A stretch of 64,000 nt of DNA from positions 7,448 through 71,447 of the forward strand of contig JBILWX010000004.1 in the NCBI GenBank assembly GCA_044369655.1. The letters run 5' to 3'. Below are positions 46,482-56,617 of this stretch, one piece after another. Position numbers and translations under genes: made by a program. Position 1 is the first letter of the stretch; the number at the start of each line of letters is the position of its first letter. The notes below the pieces were generated by a model. The model did not search any database. It saw only the letters and a program-made list of their open reading frames with translations, and was not told the DNA's origin. This DNA is from Pirellulales bacterium. Its GTDB lineage: Bacteria; Planctomycetota; Planctomycetia; Pirellulales; UBA1268.

Positions 46482-48041
46482 TCAGGCTCGTTGCGGGTGG
46501 ATGCGGGGCTGGGAGCCGATTGCCACGCGATTGATCGCGGCCAGAAAGGCCTTTGCCGAGGCTTCCAGGGAGTCGGTCGACACCCCGCGGCCACGGTGCA
46601 CCTGCCTGCTGCTGTCGCTGCCGGGTGCTTCCAGTTCCACCGTCACCTCCGCCTGCGCGTCCTTGCCCACCGTCACTGCCTGCACGCGGAAGTCCCGGCA
46701 GACCGTATGAATGCCGGTGAGCTTCTCGATCGCCAGGAAAATCCCGTCGATCGGGCCGTCGCCGGCCGTCACCGACACCGATCGCGGCTCGCCGTTTTGC
46801 AGCACGCGCAACTCGACCGTGGGAGCCGATCCACTGACCGAAGTGAGCGAATACCCCTCGAAGGTGAACTGTTCCGGCAGCGCCGAGAACTGCTGCTCGC
46901 AGAGCGCGGCGATGTCGCCGTCATAGATCTCCTTCTTGCGGTCCGCCAGTATCTTGAACCGCTCGAACACCGTCTGCAGTTGCTCCGGCGTGAGCTGGTA
47001 GCCGAGGGCCAACGCGCGGTCGGCCAGGGCCGCGCGGCCGCTGTGCTTGCCGAGCACGAGGTCGGTCCGCTCGAGGCCCACGTCCTCGGGCCGCATGATC
47101 TCGTAGGTCCGCCGCTCCTTGAGCATGCCGTCCTGGTGGATTCCCGCCTCGTGGGCAAAGGCATTGCGGCCGACGATCGCCTTGTTGCGCGGCACCTGGA
47201 TGCCGGTGATGTTCGCCACCAACCGGCTCGTCGGCACGAGCCGCTGCGTGACGACGCCGGTGTCGACGGCGTAGTGATCGCGACGCGTCTTGAGCGCCAT
47301 CACGACCTCCTCCAGCGAGCAATTGCCCGCCCGTTCGCCGATGCCGTTGATCGTGCACTCGACCTGGCCGGCGCCCGCCTCCACCGCGGCCAGGCTGTTG
47401 GCCACCGCGAGGCCGAGGTCGTCGTGGCAGTGCACGCTGATCACCGCGCGGTCGATGTTGGGGACGCGTTCCCGCAGGCTCTTGATCACGTGATGCATTT
47501 GCGAGGGCGTGGCATAGCCGACCGTGTCGGGGATGTTGACGGTGGTCGCGCCGGCGTCGATCACGGCCTCCACGACGCGACAGAGAAAGTCGATCTCCGT
47601 CCGCGCGGCGTCCTCGGGGGAGAATTCGACGTCGTCGCAGCAGTTTCGCGCCCGGCGCACGCCGGCCACGGCCCGCGCGAGCACCTCGTCCTCGTTCATC
47701 CGCAGCTTGAACTCCCGGTGGATCGAACTGGTCGCCAGGAAGACATGGATCCGCGGCCGGGCGGCATGCCTGAGCGCCTCCCACGCCCGGTCGATGTCGG
47801 CGTCGTTGCACCGCGCCAGCCCGCAGACCGTGGCCGCCGACACCGCCCGGGCAATGTCGCTGACACTGGCAAAGTCACCCGGCGAGGCGATCGGGAAACC
47901 GGCCTCGATGATGTCGACTCCCAACTGCACGAGCGCCTGGGCGATTTCCAGTTTCTCGGTGAGGTTCATGCTCGCACCGGGCGACTGTTCGCCGTCGCGA
48001 AGCGTGGTGTCGAAGATGCGGATCGTGCGTGCTGCAGTCAT
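46482..48041 (-). CDS. leuA: 2-isopropylmalate synthase
   Basis: IRIFDTTLRDGEQSPGASM, VHCHDDLGLAVANSLAAVEAGA and GIGERAGNCSLEEVV, plus the LeuA C-terminal regulatory domain. Start at the ATG at 48041 (MTAARTIRIF). Confidence 0.95.
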   Translation of the reverse strand: MTAARTIRIFDTTLRDGEQSPGASMNLTEKLEIAQALVQLGVDIIEAGFPIASPGDFASVSDIARAVSAATVCGLARCNDADIDRAWEALRHAARPRIHVFLATSSIHREFKLRMNEDEVLARAVAGVRRARNCCDDVEFSPEDAARTEIDFLCRVVEAVIDAGATTVNIPDTVGYATPSQMHHVIKSLRERVPNIDRAVISVHCHDDLGLAVANSLAAVEAGAGQVECTINGIGERAGNCSLEEVVMALKTRRDHYAVDTGVVTQRLVPTSRLVANITGIQVPRNKAIVGRNAFAHEAGIHQDGMLKERRTYEIMRPEDVGLERTDLVLGKHSGRAALADRALALGYQLTPEQLQTVFERFKILADRKKEIYDGDIAALCEQQFSALPEQFTFEGYSLTSVSGSAPTVELRVLQNGEPRSVSVTAGDGPIDGIFLAIEKLTGIHTVCRDFRVQAVTVGKDAQAEVTVELEAPGSDSSRQVHRGRGVSTDSLEASAKAFLAAINRVAIGSQPRIHPQRA

Positions 48042-48222
48042 GGGGATGGTCTGAATGCGGGACAAAACGGAACGAAACCGGCCCAGCGGCCGCGGTCCTC
48101 GCGGCCTGGCAAGATCCCATCCTAACCGTTCTGCAAGCGATGCGCTCGGCAGGCGGGGAGGAGAGAGTGTAGAATTCGCGGTGTTGGGCACAGCCCCTCG
48201 CCCTCCGTCTCCGGTGCCCGTC

Positions 48223-49830
48223 ATGTCGTCGATCGCCTCTTCCGAATCCCGGTTGCCCACCGACCCCCAGCCCCCCGTCGGGCGGAAACAGGGATCCAAA
48301 CTGGGCCATGAATCAACCGGGGGAAGTCGCTCGGCCGGAGGGCTGCTCCGCCGGTTTTCCGGGCTGGTTTTTCTGGCCCTCGGTGCCGCGGCCTGGTGGT
48401 GGCTCGCCACCCATCATTTCGGCGGTGTCGCCGATCACGGCGGCGATCCCGCCGCTCCCACGGCCGGCGGTACGACGAGGGCCGTGGCCGTGGTGCCAAC
48501 GCTGGTCACCCTGCCGGCATCGGCCCAGAAAGCTGCGGAGATCGATCTCTGCACCGTGGAAATGCGGCCGCTCCGCGAACACCTCACCGTGCCCGGACGC
48601 ATCGACTACGACGCCCGACACCGGCTCGATTACGCCTCGCCCGTCGACGGGATCGTGTCGCGGGTGTTCGTGCAGGTGCGGCAGCGGGTAACGAAGGGGG
48701 ATGCGCTGGCGGAACTCTCGAGCCCGGACGTCGGGGCCGCCCGCGACGAGGTCCGCCGGCGGGAAGACAACCGGCAGATCGAGAAAAAAGCCGCTGACTG
48801 GGCGACGGCCATCGGCGACAATGTCGACGCCCTCCTCGACGCCCTCGCCAGCCGTCCGCCGTTGGCCGACATCGAAAGGCAATTCCAGGACCGGGTGCTC
48901 GGATCCTATCGGGAGAAGATCCTCGGCAGCTATTCGCGGCTGATCTACGTGGAAAAGGTCAGCGCCGGCACCAAGTCGCTGGGCGAAGGGGGCGTGCTCT
49001 CGGGTCGGATCATCGAGGAGCGGGCCAGCAATCTCGAGGTGGCCAAGGCGAATTTTGCCGCCGCCTGCGAGGAGGCCCGGTTTCTCACGCGGCAGGACCG
49101 CGATCGGGCCCGCGCGGCGCTCGAACAGGCTGATCGGCTGGTGCAGATTTCACGGGAGAATCTCCGCACGCTCGTGGGCAGCCGGCTGGAGGCCGATCCA
49201 GCGGGTGAGGATGCGGGCGAAAGCCCCGGCGAGACCGGCTCGCTCAGCGCCCTGGTGCTGCGGACGCCGTTCGACGGCCTGGTGGAGGATGTCTTCATCG
49301 CGCGGGGCGAGCGGGCCCGCGTCGGCGACCGGTTGTTCGTCGTGGCCGACACGAGCATGCTCTGGGTGCGGGCCCAGATTCACGAACGGCAGTGGACGGC
49401 GGTGGAGGTGTCGGAAGGGCAGAAGGTGCGGGTCGTCGTGCCCGGCGCCGACGTGCACGAAGCGACCGCCGTCGTCAACCACGTGGGGGCGACGGTCGAG
49501 GCCGAATCGCGAAGCGTGCCGATGGTGGCGGAACTGCCCAACAACGATGCCCACTACAAGCCCGGCATGTTCGTCTGGGTCGACCTGCCGCAGGGAGAGA
49601 TGCGCGAGGCGGTGGCGGTGCCGACGTCGGCGGTGATGCGGCACGAAGGGAAATCCTTCGTGTTCGTGCCGGACGGGCCGGAGCGGTTCCGACGCGTGAC
49701 CGTGAAAATCGGTATCGAAAGCGGCAACTTCGTCGAGATCACCGGCGGCCTGGAGGTTGGCCAACAGGTGGTGTCGCGCGGGGCGTTCGTGCTCAAGAGC
49801 GAACTGCTGCTCGAAAAGGAAGCGGAATGA
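48223..49830 (+). CDS. efflux RND periplasmic adaptor (membrane fusion protein, CzcB/CusB-like)
   Basis: N-terminal TM. VPGRIDYDARHRL...ASPVDGIVSRVFV..GD.LAEL and LRTPFDGLVEDVFIARGERA give the lipoyl/beta-barrel pattern. It lies directly upstream of the RND pump. Confidence 0.85.
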   Translation: MSSIASSESRLPTDPQPPVGRKQGSKLGHESTGGSRSAGGLLRRFSGLVFLALGAAAWWWLATHHFGGVADHGGDPAAPTAGGTTRAVAVVPTLVTLPASAQKAAEIDLCTVEMRPLREHLTVPGRIDYDARHRLDYASPVDGIVSRVFVQVRQRVTKGDALAELSSPDVGAARDEVRRREDNRQIEKKAADWATAIGDNVDALLDALASRPPLADIERQFQDRVLGSYREKILGSYSRLIYVEKVSAGTKSLGEGGVLSGRIIEERASNLEVAKANFAAACEEARFLTRQDRDRARAALEQADRLVQISRENLRTLVGSRLEADPAGEDAGESPGETGSLSALVLRTPFDGLVEDVFIARGERARVGDRLFVVADTSMLWVRAQIHERQWTAVEVSEGQKVRVVVPGADVHEATAVVNHVGATVEAESRSVPMVAELPNNDAHYKPGMFVWVDLPQGEMREAVAVPTSAVMRHEGKSFVFVPDGPERFRRVTVKIGIESGNFVEITGGLEVGQQVVSRGAFVLKSELLLEKEAE

Positions 49831-49866
49831 CGGGCCTGGCGGCCGTCTTCGCCCGAGGGGGGGCTG

Positions 49867-52800
49867 ATGCTGTCGGGGCTCATTGAGTGGTCGCTCGCCA
49901 ACCGGGCGCTGGTGATCGCGATGTTCGTGCTGATGAGCCTGGGCGGACTCTACGCCGCCACCCATATTCCCGTGGATGCGGTTCCCGATCTCGTCAACAT
50001 CCAGGTGCAGGTGGTGACGGAGGCCGGCACGCTGCCGCCCCTCGAGGTGGAACGATCGATCACGTATCCCGTGGAATTGGCCGTGAGCGGACTGCCCAAT
50101 GTCGAGGAAATCCGCAGCATTTCCCGGCTCGGGATCTCGCTGGTAACGATCGTCTTTCGGGAGGGTACCGACATCTTTCTGGCCCGGCAGCTCGTGGCGG
50201 AGCGGTTGCCGGAGGCGAAGGGCCGGATCACGCTGCCCGACGCCGACCCGAAGCTGGGCACGCTGAGCACGGCGCTCGGTGAGATTCTCCAATTCGAGCT
50301 GAAGGGCCAGGGGCACAACCTGATGGACCTCCGCAGCCTGCTCGAATGGGAGATCGCGCCGGCGATGCGCGAGGTGGCGGGGGTGACCGACATCAACAGC
50401 CACGGCGGCTACGCGAAGAGCTACGAGGTCCGCGTCGACCCCGACCGAATGGCATCGCAGGGGATCACGCTCGGAGAGGTCCTCTCGGCGCTCGAGCGGA
50501 ACAACGTCAGCACGGGCGGCGGTTACATCGTCAAGAACGGTGAGCAGCGGTTCATCCGCGGCCAGGCGCTGCTGGCGGATGCCGACGCGATCGAGCAGGT
50601 GGTGGTGCGGAGTCCGCCGGGGGGGGTGCCGGTGCTCGTCCGCAACATCGGCGACGTCACGATCGCGCCACTGGTCCGGCAGGGGGCCGCCACGCGGGAC
50701 GGCCGCGGCGAGGTGGTCACCGGCATGGTGATGATGGTCCGCGGCGAAAACAGCCGGCGGGTGGTGACGGCGGCGACGGAGCGGCTGAACGCGATCCGTG
50801 CAGCCCTTCCCGCCGGGGTCGAAATCGACGTCATTTATGACCGGTCTGACCTGATCGCCCGGACGCTCGACACCGTGCTCCACAATCTGGCCGAGGGCGG
50901 TCTGCTCGTGATCGGCGTGCTGCTCATGCTGCTCGGGAATGTCCGGGCCGGGCTGATCGTGTCGCTGGCGATTCCGCTGTCGATGCTGTTCGCCGCGAAC
51001 CTGATGTGGGCCACCGGCATCTCGGCGAGCCTGATGAGCCTGGGAGCGATCGATTTTGGTCTCGTCGTCGACAGTTCGGTGATCATGGTGGAGAACTGCG
51101 TGCGGCGTCTCGGCCTGGCTGCGCCGACGGAATCCAAGCTGGCGATCGTGCGCGACGCGGCGATCGAGGTCCGCGGGCCGACGATGTTCGGTGAGCTGAT
51201 CATCGCGATCGTCTACCTGCCGATCCTCTTCCTGGAAGGAACGGAGGGAAAGCTGTTTCGGCCGATGGCCCTCACGGTGCTTTTCGCCCTCGCGGGCTCG
51301 CTGGTCATCTCGCTCACGCTCATGCCCGTGCTGGCGGCCACGGTGCTCTCCCGCGAGGAGGAGCACGAACCGTTGCTGATGCGGCTGTTCCACCGGGTCT
51401 ACCACCCGCTGGCCAAGCTGGCGGTCTACCATCCCGTGGCGGTGTCGCTGGTGGCCGCGGGCCTCGTGGCGGCCAGCGTGCCGGTGGCGGCGAATCTCGG
51501 CGCCGAGTTCATGCCCCGGCTCGACGAGGGAGATCTGCTCATCGAGGTCACCCGCCTGCCGAGCGCCACGCTCGAGGATTCCGTGCCGATCACGACGCGG
51601 ATCGAGAAGACGCTCGGCGACTATCCGGAAGTGCGGACGGTGTTCTGCAAGACCGGTCGGCCCGAGATCGCCAACGACATCATGGGCGTGCAGCAGACCG
51701 ACGTCTGGGTGATGCTCGAGCCGCGTGCCGCATGGCCGGCGGGCATGACACGGGATCAACTGGTCGACCGGATGTCGGCGTCGCTGGCCGCCGCGGTGCC
51801 AGGCGCCACCTTCGGCTTCAGCCAGCCGATCGAGATGCGAGTCGACGAACTGGTGGCCGGCGTGAAGGCGGACGTGGCGGTGCTGATCTATGGCGACGAT
51901 CTCGACACGCTGGGGAACCTCGGCAAGCAGATCGAGGGCGTGCTGCGGGGAATCCGCGGGGCGGCCGACGTGCGGGCCGACTGGCAGGCCAACGTGCCGA
52001 CGATGCAGATCGACGCCCGGCCCGATCAGCTGGCCCGGCACGCCATCGACGGCATCGAGGTGATGCGGACCGTGTCGGCCATGGGCGGCATCCAAACCGG
52101 CGTCATCTACGAGGGACGGCCACGCTATCCGTTGGTGGTGAAGTTTCCGCCCGAGTGGCGGGAGGATCCCGAGCGGCTGCCGCAGATCCCGGTCGGCGCG
52201 ACGGGCGGACGGCCCGTGCCGCTGGGAGAGCTGGCCGACATCCGCACGGCCGAGAGCCCGCCGTCGGTCGAGCACGAGAACTCGCGACGCCGCACGTTCG
52301 TGTCGGCGAATGTCCGCGGCAGCGACGTGGCCACTTTCGTGCAGGAGGCGCAGCGGGCGATCGCAGCGCAGGTCCAGCTGCCCGCCGGCTACACGCTGCG
52401 GTGGGGGGGTGACTTCGAGAACCTGCTGTCGGCCAGCCGGCGGCTGATGCTGATCACGCCGGTCGTGCTGGGGCTGATCGCTCTTCTGCTCTACACGAGC
52501 TTCAAGTCGCTTCGGCTGGCGTCACTGATCTTCTTCGCGGTGCCGGTGGCTGCGTCTGGAGGCATCGCGGCGCTGGCGATGCGCGGCATGCCGTTCTCGA
52601 TTGCCGCCGGAGTGGGCTTCGTGGCGCTGTTTGGCGTGGCGGTGCTCAACGGGCTGGTGTGGGTGGCTGGCGCCGAACATGCCCGGCAGGGAGGACTCTC
52701 GCCTCGCGAGGCGGCCATCGCCACCGCCGAGGTCCGTATCCGGCCGGTGCTGATGACGGCCCTGGTGGCCAGCCTCGGCTTCCTGCCCATGGCGCTGGCC

Positions 52801-52950
52801 ACGAGTGCCGGTGCGGAAATTCAGCGCCCCCTGGCCACCGTCGTGATCGGTGGCATCGTCACCTCGACGCTGCTGACTGCCTTCGTGGTGCCGGCGATCT
52901 ATCCCTGGTTTGTGCCGCGGTCGCGGGTTTGGCACACTTCGGAGGCCTGA
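49867..52950 (+). CDS. CusA/CzcA-family heavy-metal efflux RND transporter
   Basis: 1027 aa. MLSGLIEWSLANRALVIAMFVLMSLGG...IPVDAVPDLVNIQVQVVTEA, SLGAIDFGLVVDSSVIMVEN, and the typical 12-TM, two-large-loop layout. Confidence 0.95.
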   Translation: MLSGLIEWSLANRALVIAMFVLMSLGGLYAATHIPVDAVPDLVNIQVQVVTEAGTLPPLEVERSITYPVELAVSGLPNVEEIRSISRLGISLVTIVFREGTDIFLARQLVAERLPEAKGRITLPDADPKLGTLSTALGEILQFELKGQGHNLMDLRSLLEWEIAPAMREVAGVTDINSHGGYAKSYEVRVDPDRMASQGITLGEVLSALERNNVSTGGGYIVKNGEQRFIRGQALLADADAIEQVVVRSPPGGVPVLVRNIGDVTIAPLVRQGAATRDGRGEVVTGMVMMVRGENSRRVVTAATERLNAIRAALPAGVEIDVIYDRSDLIARTLDTVLHNLAEGGLLVIGVLLMLLGNVRAGLIVSLAIPLSMLFAANLMWATGISASLMSLGAIDFGLVVDSSVIMVENCVRRLGLAAPTESKLAIVRDAAIEVRGPTMFGELIIAIVYLPILFLEGTEGKLFRPMALTVLFALAGSLVISLTLMPVLAATVLSREEEHEPLLMRLFHRVYHPLAKLAVYHPVAVSLVAAGLVAASVPVAANLGAEFMPRLDEGDLLIEVTRLPSATLEDSVPITTRIEKTLGDYPEVRTVFCKTGRPEIANDIMGVQQTDVWVMLEPRAAWPAGMTRDQLVDRMSASLAAAVPGATFGFSQPIEMRVDELVAGVKADVAVLIYGDDLDTLGNLGKQIEGVLRGIRGAADVRADWQANVPTMQIDARPDQLARHAIDGIEVMRTVSAMGGIQTGVIYEGRPRYPLVVKFPPEWREDPERLPQIPVGATGGRPVPLGELADIRTAESPPSVEHENSRRRTFVSANVRGSDVATFVQEAQRAIAAQVQLPAGYTLRWGGDFENLLSASRRLMLITPVVLGLIALLLYTSFKSLRLASLIFFAVPVAASGGIAALAMRGMPFSIAAGVGFVALFGVAVLNGLVWVAGAEHARQGGLSPREAAIATAEVRIRPVLMTALVASLGFLPMALATSAGAEIQRPLATVVIGGIVTSTLLTAFVVPAIYPWFVPRSRVWHTSEA

Positions 52951-53004
52951 TCGCCTCCGCTTCACCTGATCGCCTCCGCTTCACCTGATCGCCTCCGCTT
53001 CACC
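52948..53004 (+). repeat. three perfect tandem copies of the 19-mer TGATCGCCTCCGCTTCACC
   Basis: Read directly from the sequence. The first unit starts with the RND pump stop codon. Confidence 0.95.
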
Positions 53005-53019
53005 CCGAGCTTCCGCCCC

Positions 53020-53319
53020 ATGACGCTTCGAGACTTTCAGCAACTGATTCGCGGCATGTATCATGACAAGGACGCCGCGCGGGGCGTGGAGGGAACCTTC
53101 ATGTGGCTCACCGAGGAAATCGGAGAATTGGCGACAGCGCTCCGCAGCGGCACCCACGACGAACAGTCGCTGGAATTTGCCGACGTGCTGGCTTGGCTGG
53201 CCACGATTGCCAACGTGGTCGGCGTCGATCTGGAGGCGGCCGTGGCACGGAAGTATGGAACGGGCTGCCCCGGTTGCGGCCACTTGGCATGCACCTGCCC
53301 GGACGCGGAGAAGCCATGA
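53020..53319 (+). CDS. small MazG-like nucleotide pyrophosphohydrolase domain protein
   Basis: FQQLIRGMYHDKDAARGVEGTFMWLTEEIGELATALR...EFADVLAWLATIANVVGVDLEAAV, with a C-terminal Cys knuckle GCPGCGHLACTC. Confidence 0.85.
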   Translation: MTLRDFQQLIRGMYHDKDAARGVEGTFMWLTEEIGELATALRSGTHDEQSLEFADVLAWLATIANVVGVDLEAAVARKYGTGCPGCGHLACTCPDAEKP

Positions 53320-55619
53320 TCGGGTTCATCGTCGCACTCGCGTGCCTGCTCACGGCGACTGCCGGCGCGGCGGAGGTGCCGGAGTTGCGGGTGGGTTTCG
53401 ACGGCGTCTATCGAACCGGGGCATGGACGCCGCTGACCATCGAGTTTCCGGCGGTGCGGCCGGCGGCGGGCGGTTTGGCCCAGCCCGTTCCGCGGGCGGT
53501 GCATGCGTGGGTGGAGGATCCCGACGGGCAGTATGTACGGTCGCCGGCGGCGCCGGTGGAGATCGACGCCGATGGCAGGGGGGTGGCCAGACTGACGGTC
53601 CGCTTCGGCCGCCCCTCCGCCCGCGTGCGCGTGGAACCGGCGGTGGACGCCGGAGCCAACGCGGCATCCTCGCCGTTGGGCGGAGGTCCAGAAGGCCTCG
53701 ATCGGCCGGCCGGCACACGGTACTCACTGCCGGCGCCGATCCCGGCGACCGAGACAGTCATGCTCGTGCTGGGCGATCTGCCGGCCGCTGAACGAGCCTC
53801 GCGGCTGCTGGCTCGCGACGACGGCACGCGGCCGCGGGTCGTACCGATCAAAAGCCCGGTGTCTGGCGCCGGGGCAGGGGGGGATGCCGGGTTGGGCCGG
53901 ACGGCCCGAGACTTCGACGGGGCCGATTCGATCATCGTCTGCGGCCGCGCCGTCGCGGGATTCGATGCCGCCGTGCTCCGCGGCATCGACGCCTGGGTGC
54001 GTGAGGGGGGGCAGCTGCTATTCGCCGCAGGAACGACCGCGGCCGACATCGACCGCTCGGGTGGTCCGGCCGCCGCGTGGCTGCCGGGGCCGGTTGCGAA
54101 GCTGGTGCCGCTGCGCCGCGGTAACGCGATTGAAACGTATGCACGAGCCAGCCGCCCGCTCGACAAGGGGGCGTTCACGGGACTGGAGGTGCCGCTCTTC
54201 AAGAATCCGCAGGCGATCGAGGGCAGTGTCGAAGCCTTCGAGGGGCGTGGCCCGGCCGATCTCCCGCTGGTCGTGCGACGTGCGCACGGCCTGGGCACGG
54301 TCGTGTGGGCCGGCGTCGACATCGACCAGCCCCCGTTTCGCGACTGGTCGGGGAGCGATTCCATGCTCGTGGAAATGTTGAGGGGCCGCCGCGCGACACA
54401 GGATGCGGGCCGTGCCGGGGAGGCCCTCCGTGGCTCACTTGACCTGGCGGGCCAGCTCCGGCAGGCGATCGACCGGTTTCCAGGCGTTGCACCGATCCCG
54501 TTCGAGGTGATTGCCGGGCTGGGCATGCTCTACGTGGCCTGTCTTTATCCACTCGACTGGTGGCTGGTCTCGGCCCGCCGCCGCACCGGTGCTGGTGGAC
54601 CCGCGCGGTCGCCGTGGTTGGCCTGGCTATCGCTTCCGCTGGTGGTCGCTGCGGCGAGCGGGTTGGCATGGTCGGCGGGCCAGCGTTGGAAAGGCACGAG
54701 TTGGCAGAACTCCGGCGCTGAGTTGGTCGACCTCGATGTCGGGAGCGGACTGGTGCGAGCCGCGTCGTTCGCGGGCATCTGGTCTCCCGTGAATGCCGGG
54801 ATCGACCTGACGGTCGGCCCCCGCTCGAGCTTCCTGCCGATCGACTCGGACGACGTCGCGCGGCAGTCAAGGAGCGACGTGAGCTGGTTTGCGACCTGCG
54901 GCAGGGGAATCGGCGGCACCGATGCCGCCTCGCCGCATCCGTCGTTGGCGGCGGCCGACTATCGGTATGGCGGCTCGACCGCCGCCCTCGACGGCATTCC
55001 AATCGCAGCCTCGTCCAGCCGGCTGTTCGAGGCTTTCACCACGGTCTACGCGGCGGCGCTGCCGGTGGAGTCGACGCTCGCGAGGGAAGGGCAGGGCACC
55101 CTGCGGGGCGATGTCACCAGCCGGCTGCCGTTTGCCCTCGAAGAGTGCGTGCTCGCGCACGCGGGCTGGCTCTACGAGGTCGGCACGCTGCAGCCCGGTC
55201 AAACCTTCGCGGCCGGGCTGAGCCGAGGCCCGCGGTCGCTGGCGGGTGCCTTGACCCATCGCACCGTGAACAAGGATCGTGACGTCGCCGTGCGGTGGAA
55301 TGTCGCCGAAGCCGATCCGCTCCGGATCCTGGAGATCGCTGGATTTCATGCGGCCGCCGGAGGCAGCGGCTACACGTCGTTGGAAGCAGGGCGGCTCGCC
55401 CGCTTCGACCTCTCGCCGCTCCTGCCTCTCGACCGGGCCGTGCTGGTGGGCCGAGGGCCCGCCTTCGTCGCCTGGCAGTGCCGACAGCAGGCGTCCGCCG
55501 AAGCCGACGCCTCCGGCGACGTTCCCCCGTTCCCAGGGCAGGCCACCCTGTGGCGGATCGTGATTCCGCTCGTGCGGACGGCCTCCGCAGCGTCCGCCGC
55601 CGATTCCCCCTCGAACTGA
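53316..55619 (+). CDS. hypothetical signal-peptide/2-TM membrane protein (767 aa)
   Basis: ATGA overlap with the mazG-like gene. Signal peptide MIGFIVALACLLTATAGAA. Internal TMs VIAGLGMLYVACLYPLDWWLV and WLAWLSLPLVVAAASGLAW. No recognisable domain. Confidence 0.6.
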   Translation: MIGFIVALACLLTATAGAAEVPELRVGFDGVYRTGAWTPLTIEFPAVRPAAGGLAQPVPRAVHAWVEDPDGQYVRSPAAPVEIDADGRGVARLTVRFGRPSARVRVEPAVDAGANAASSPLGGGPEGLDRPAGTRYSLPAPIPATETVMLVLGDLPAAERASRLLARDDGTRPRVVPIKSPVSGAGAGGDAGLGRTARDFDGADSIIVCGRAVAGFDAAVLRGIDAWVREGGQLLFAAGTTAADIDRSGGPAAAWLPGPVAKLVPLRRGNAIETYARASRPLDKGAFTGLEVPLFKNPQAIEGSVEAFEGRGPADLPLVVRRAHGLGTVVWAGVDIDQPPFRDWSGSDSMLVEMLRGRRATQDAGRAGEALRGSLDLAGQLRQAIDRFPGVAPIPFEVIAGLGMLYVACLYPLDWWLVSARRRTGAGGPARSPWLAWLSLPLVVAAASGLAWSAGQRWKGTSWQNSGAELVDLDVGSGLVRAASFAGIWSPVNAGIDLTVGPRSSFLPIDSDDVARQSRSDVSWFATCGRGIGGTDAASPHPSLAAADYRYGGSTAALDGIPIAASSSRLFEAFTTVYAAALPVESTLAREGQGTLRGDVTSRLPFALEECVLAHAGWLYEVGTLQPGQTFAAGLSRGPRSLAGALTHRTVNKDRDVAVRWNVAEADPLRILEIAGFHAAAGGSGYTSLEAGRLARFDLSPLLPLDRAVLVGRGPAFVAWQCRQQASAEADASGDVPPFPGQATLWRIVIPLVRTASAASAADSPSN

Positions 55620-55627
55620 AACGCTCC

Positions 55628-56584
55628 ATGATTGAAACGATCGACCTGACTAAGAAATACGGCGACTTCTACGCCCTCGAGTCGCTCGACCTCAAGCTCG
55701 AAAAGGGGGACCTCTTCGGGTTCATCGGGCCGAACGGCGCCGGCAAGACGACCACCATCCGCATCCTCTCCACCCTCCTGGCGCCGACCTGGGGCGAGGC
55801 CTATGTCTGCGGCTATTCGATCTACACCCATCCGCGGGAGATCCGCCGCGCGATCGGCTACATGCCCGACATCTTCGGCGTCTATGACGACATGCGGGTG
55901 ATCGAATATCTCGAGTTTTTCGCGGCCGCCTATCGGATCGACGGATCCGAGCGGCGGCGGGTGGCCGAACGGTCGCTGGAACTGGTCGACCTCGCCTTCA
56001 AGCGAGACGAACTCGTCACCAGCCTTTCCCGAGGCATGACGCAGCGGCTGGGGCTGGCCCGCGTGCTCCTCCACGACCCGCAGGTGCTGCTGCTCGACGA
56101 ACCGGCAAGCGGCCTCGATCCGCGGGCACGGATCGAGATGCGCGGGCTCCTGAAACGCCTGCAGGGGCTCGGCAAGACGATCCTCGTCTCCAGCCACATC
56201 CTTCCGGAGTTGGCTGACATCTGCAATCGCGTCGGCATCATCGAATATGGCCGCCTGTTGGCCTGCGGCAACGTGCAGGACCTCCTGATGCAGGTCCGCG
56301 GGCGGCCGGTGATCCGCTTCCGTCTGGCCGGTGCTCCCGAGAAGGCTGCCCGGCTGCTCGAGTCATCCCCCGAGGCGGCGGGCGTGGCGGTTCGCGACGG
56401 TGAAATTCTGGTGACCCTTGCCGACGGCGTGGACGACCCTTCGCCGCTGGCGGCGAAGCTCGTTGCCGACGGGTATCGCCTGGTTTCGATGCGCGAGCAG
56501 GAGGTCAATCTGGAGACCGCGTTCCTCGAACTCACGAAGGGGGCGCTCGGCCGCCCCGGCCGACAGGCGGCCACGGAATCCTGA
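55628..56584 (+). CDS. ABC transporter ATP-binding protein (ABC-2/CcmA-type with C-terminal extension)
   Basis: Walker A GPNGAGKTTT, signature LSRGMTQRLGLA, Walker B LLLDEPASGLD, and H-loop SSHIL. Confidence 0.9.
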   Translation: MIETIDLTKKYGDFYALESLDLKLEKGDLFGFIGPNGAGKTTTIRILSTLLAPTWGEAYVCGYSIYTHPREIRRAIGYMPDIFGVYDDMRVIEYLEFFAAAYRIDGSERRRVAERSLELVDLAFKRDELVTSLSRGMTQRLGLARVLLHDPQVLLLDEPASGLDPRARIEMRGLLKRLQGLGKTILVSSHILPELADICNRVGIIEYGRLLACGNVQDLLMQVRGRPVIRFRLAGAPEKAARLLESSPEAAGVAVRDGEILVTLADGVDDPSPLAAKLVADGYRLVSMREQEVNLETAFLELTKGALGRPGRQAATES

Positions 56585-56617
56585 CAAGGCGGTTGGGCAG
56601 CAGCAAAGGAGTGCAGC

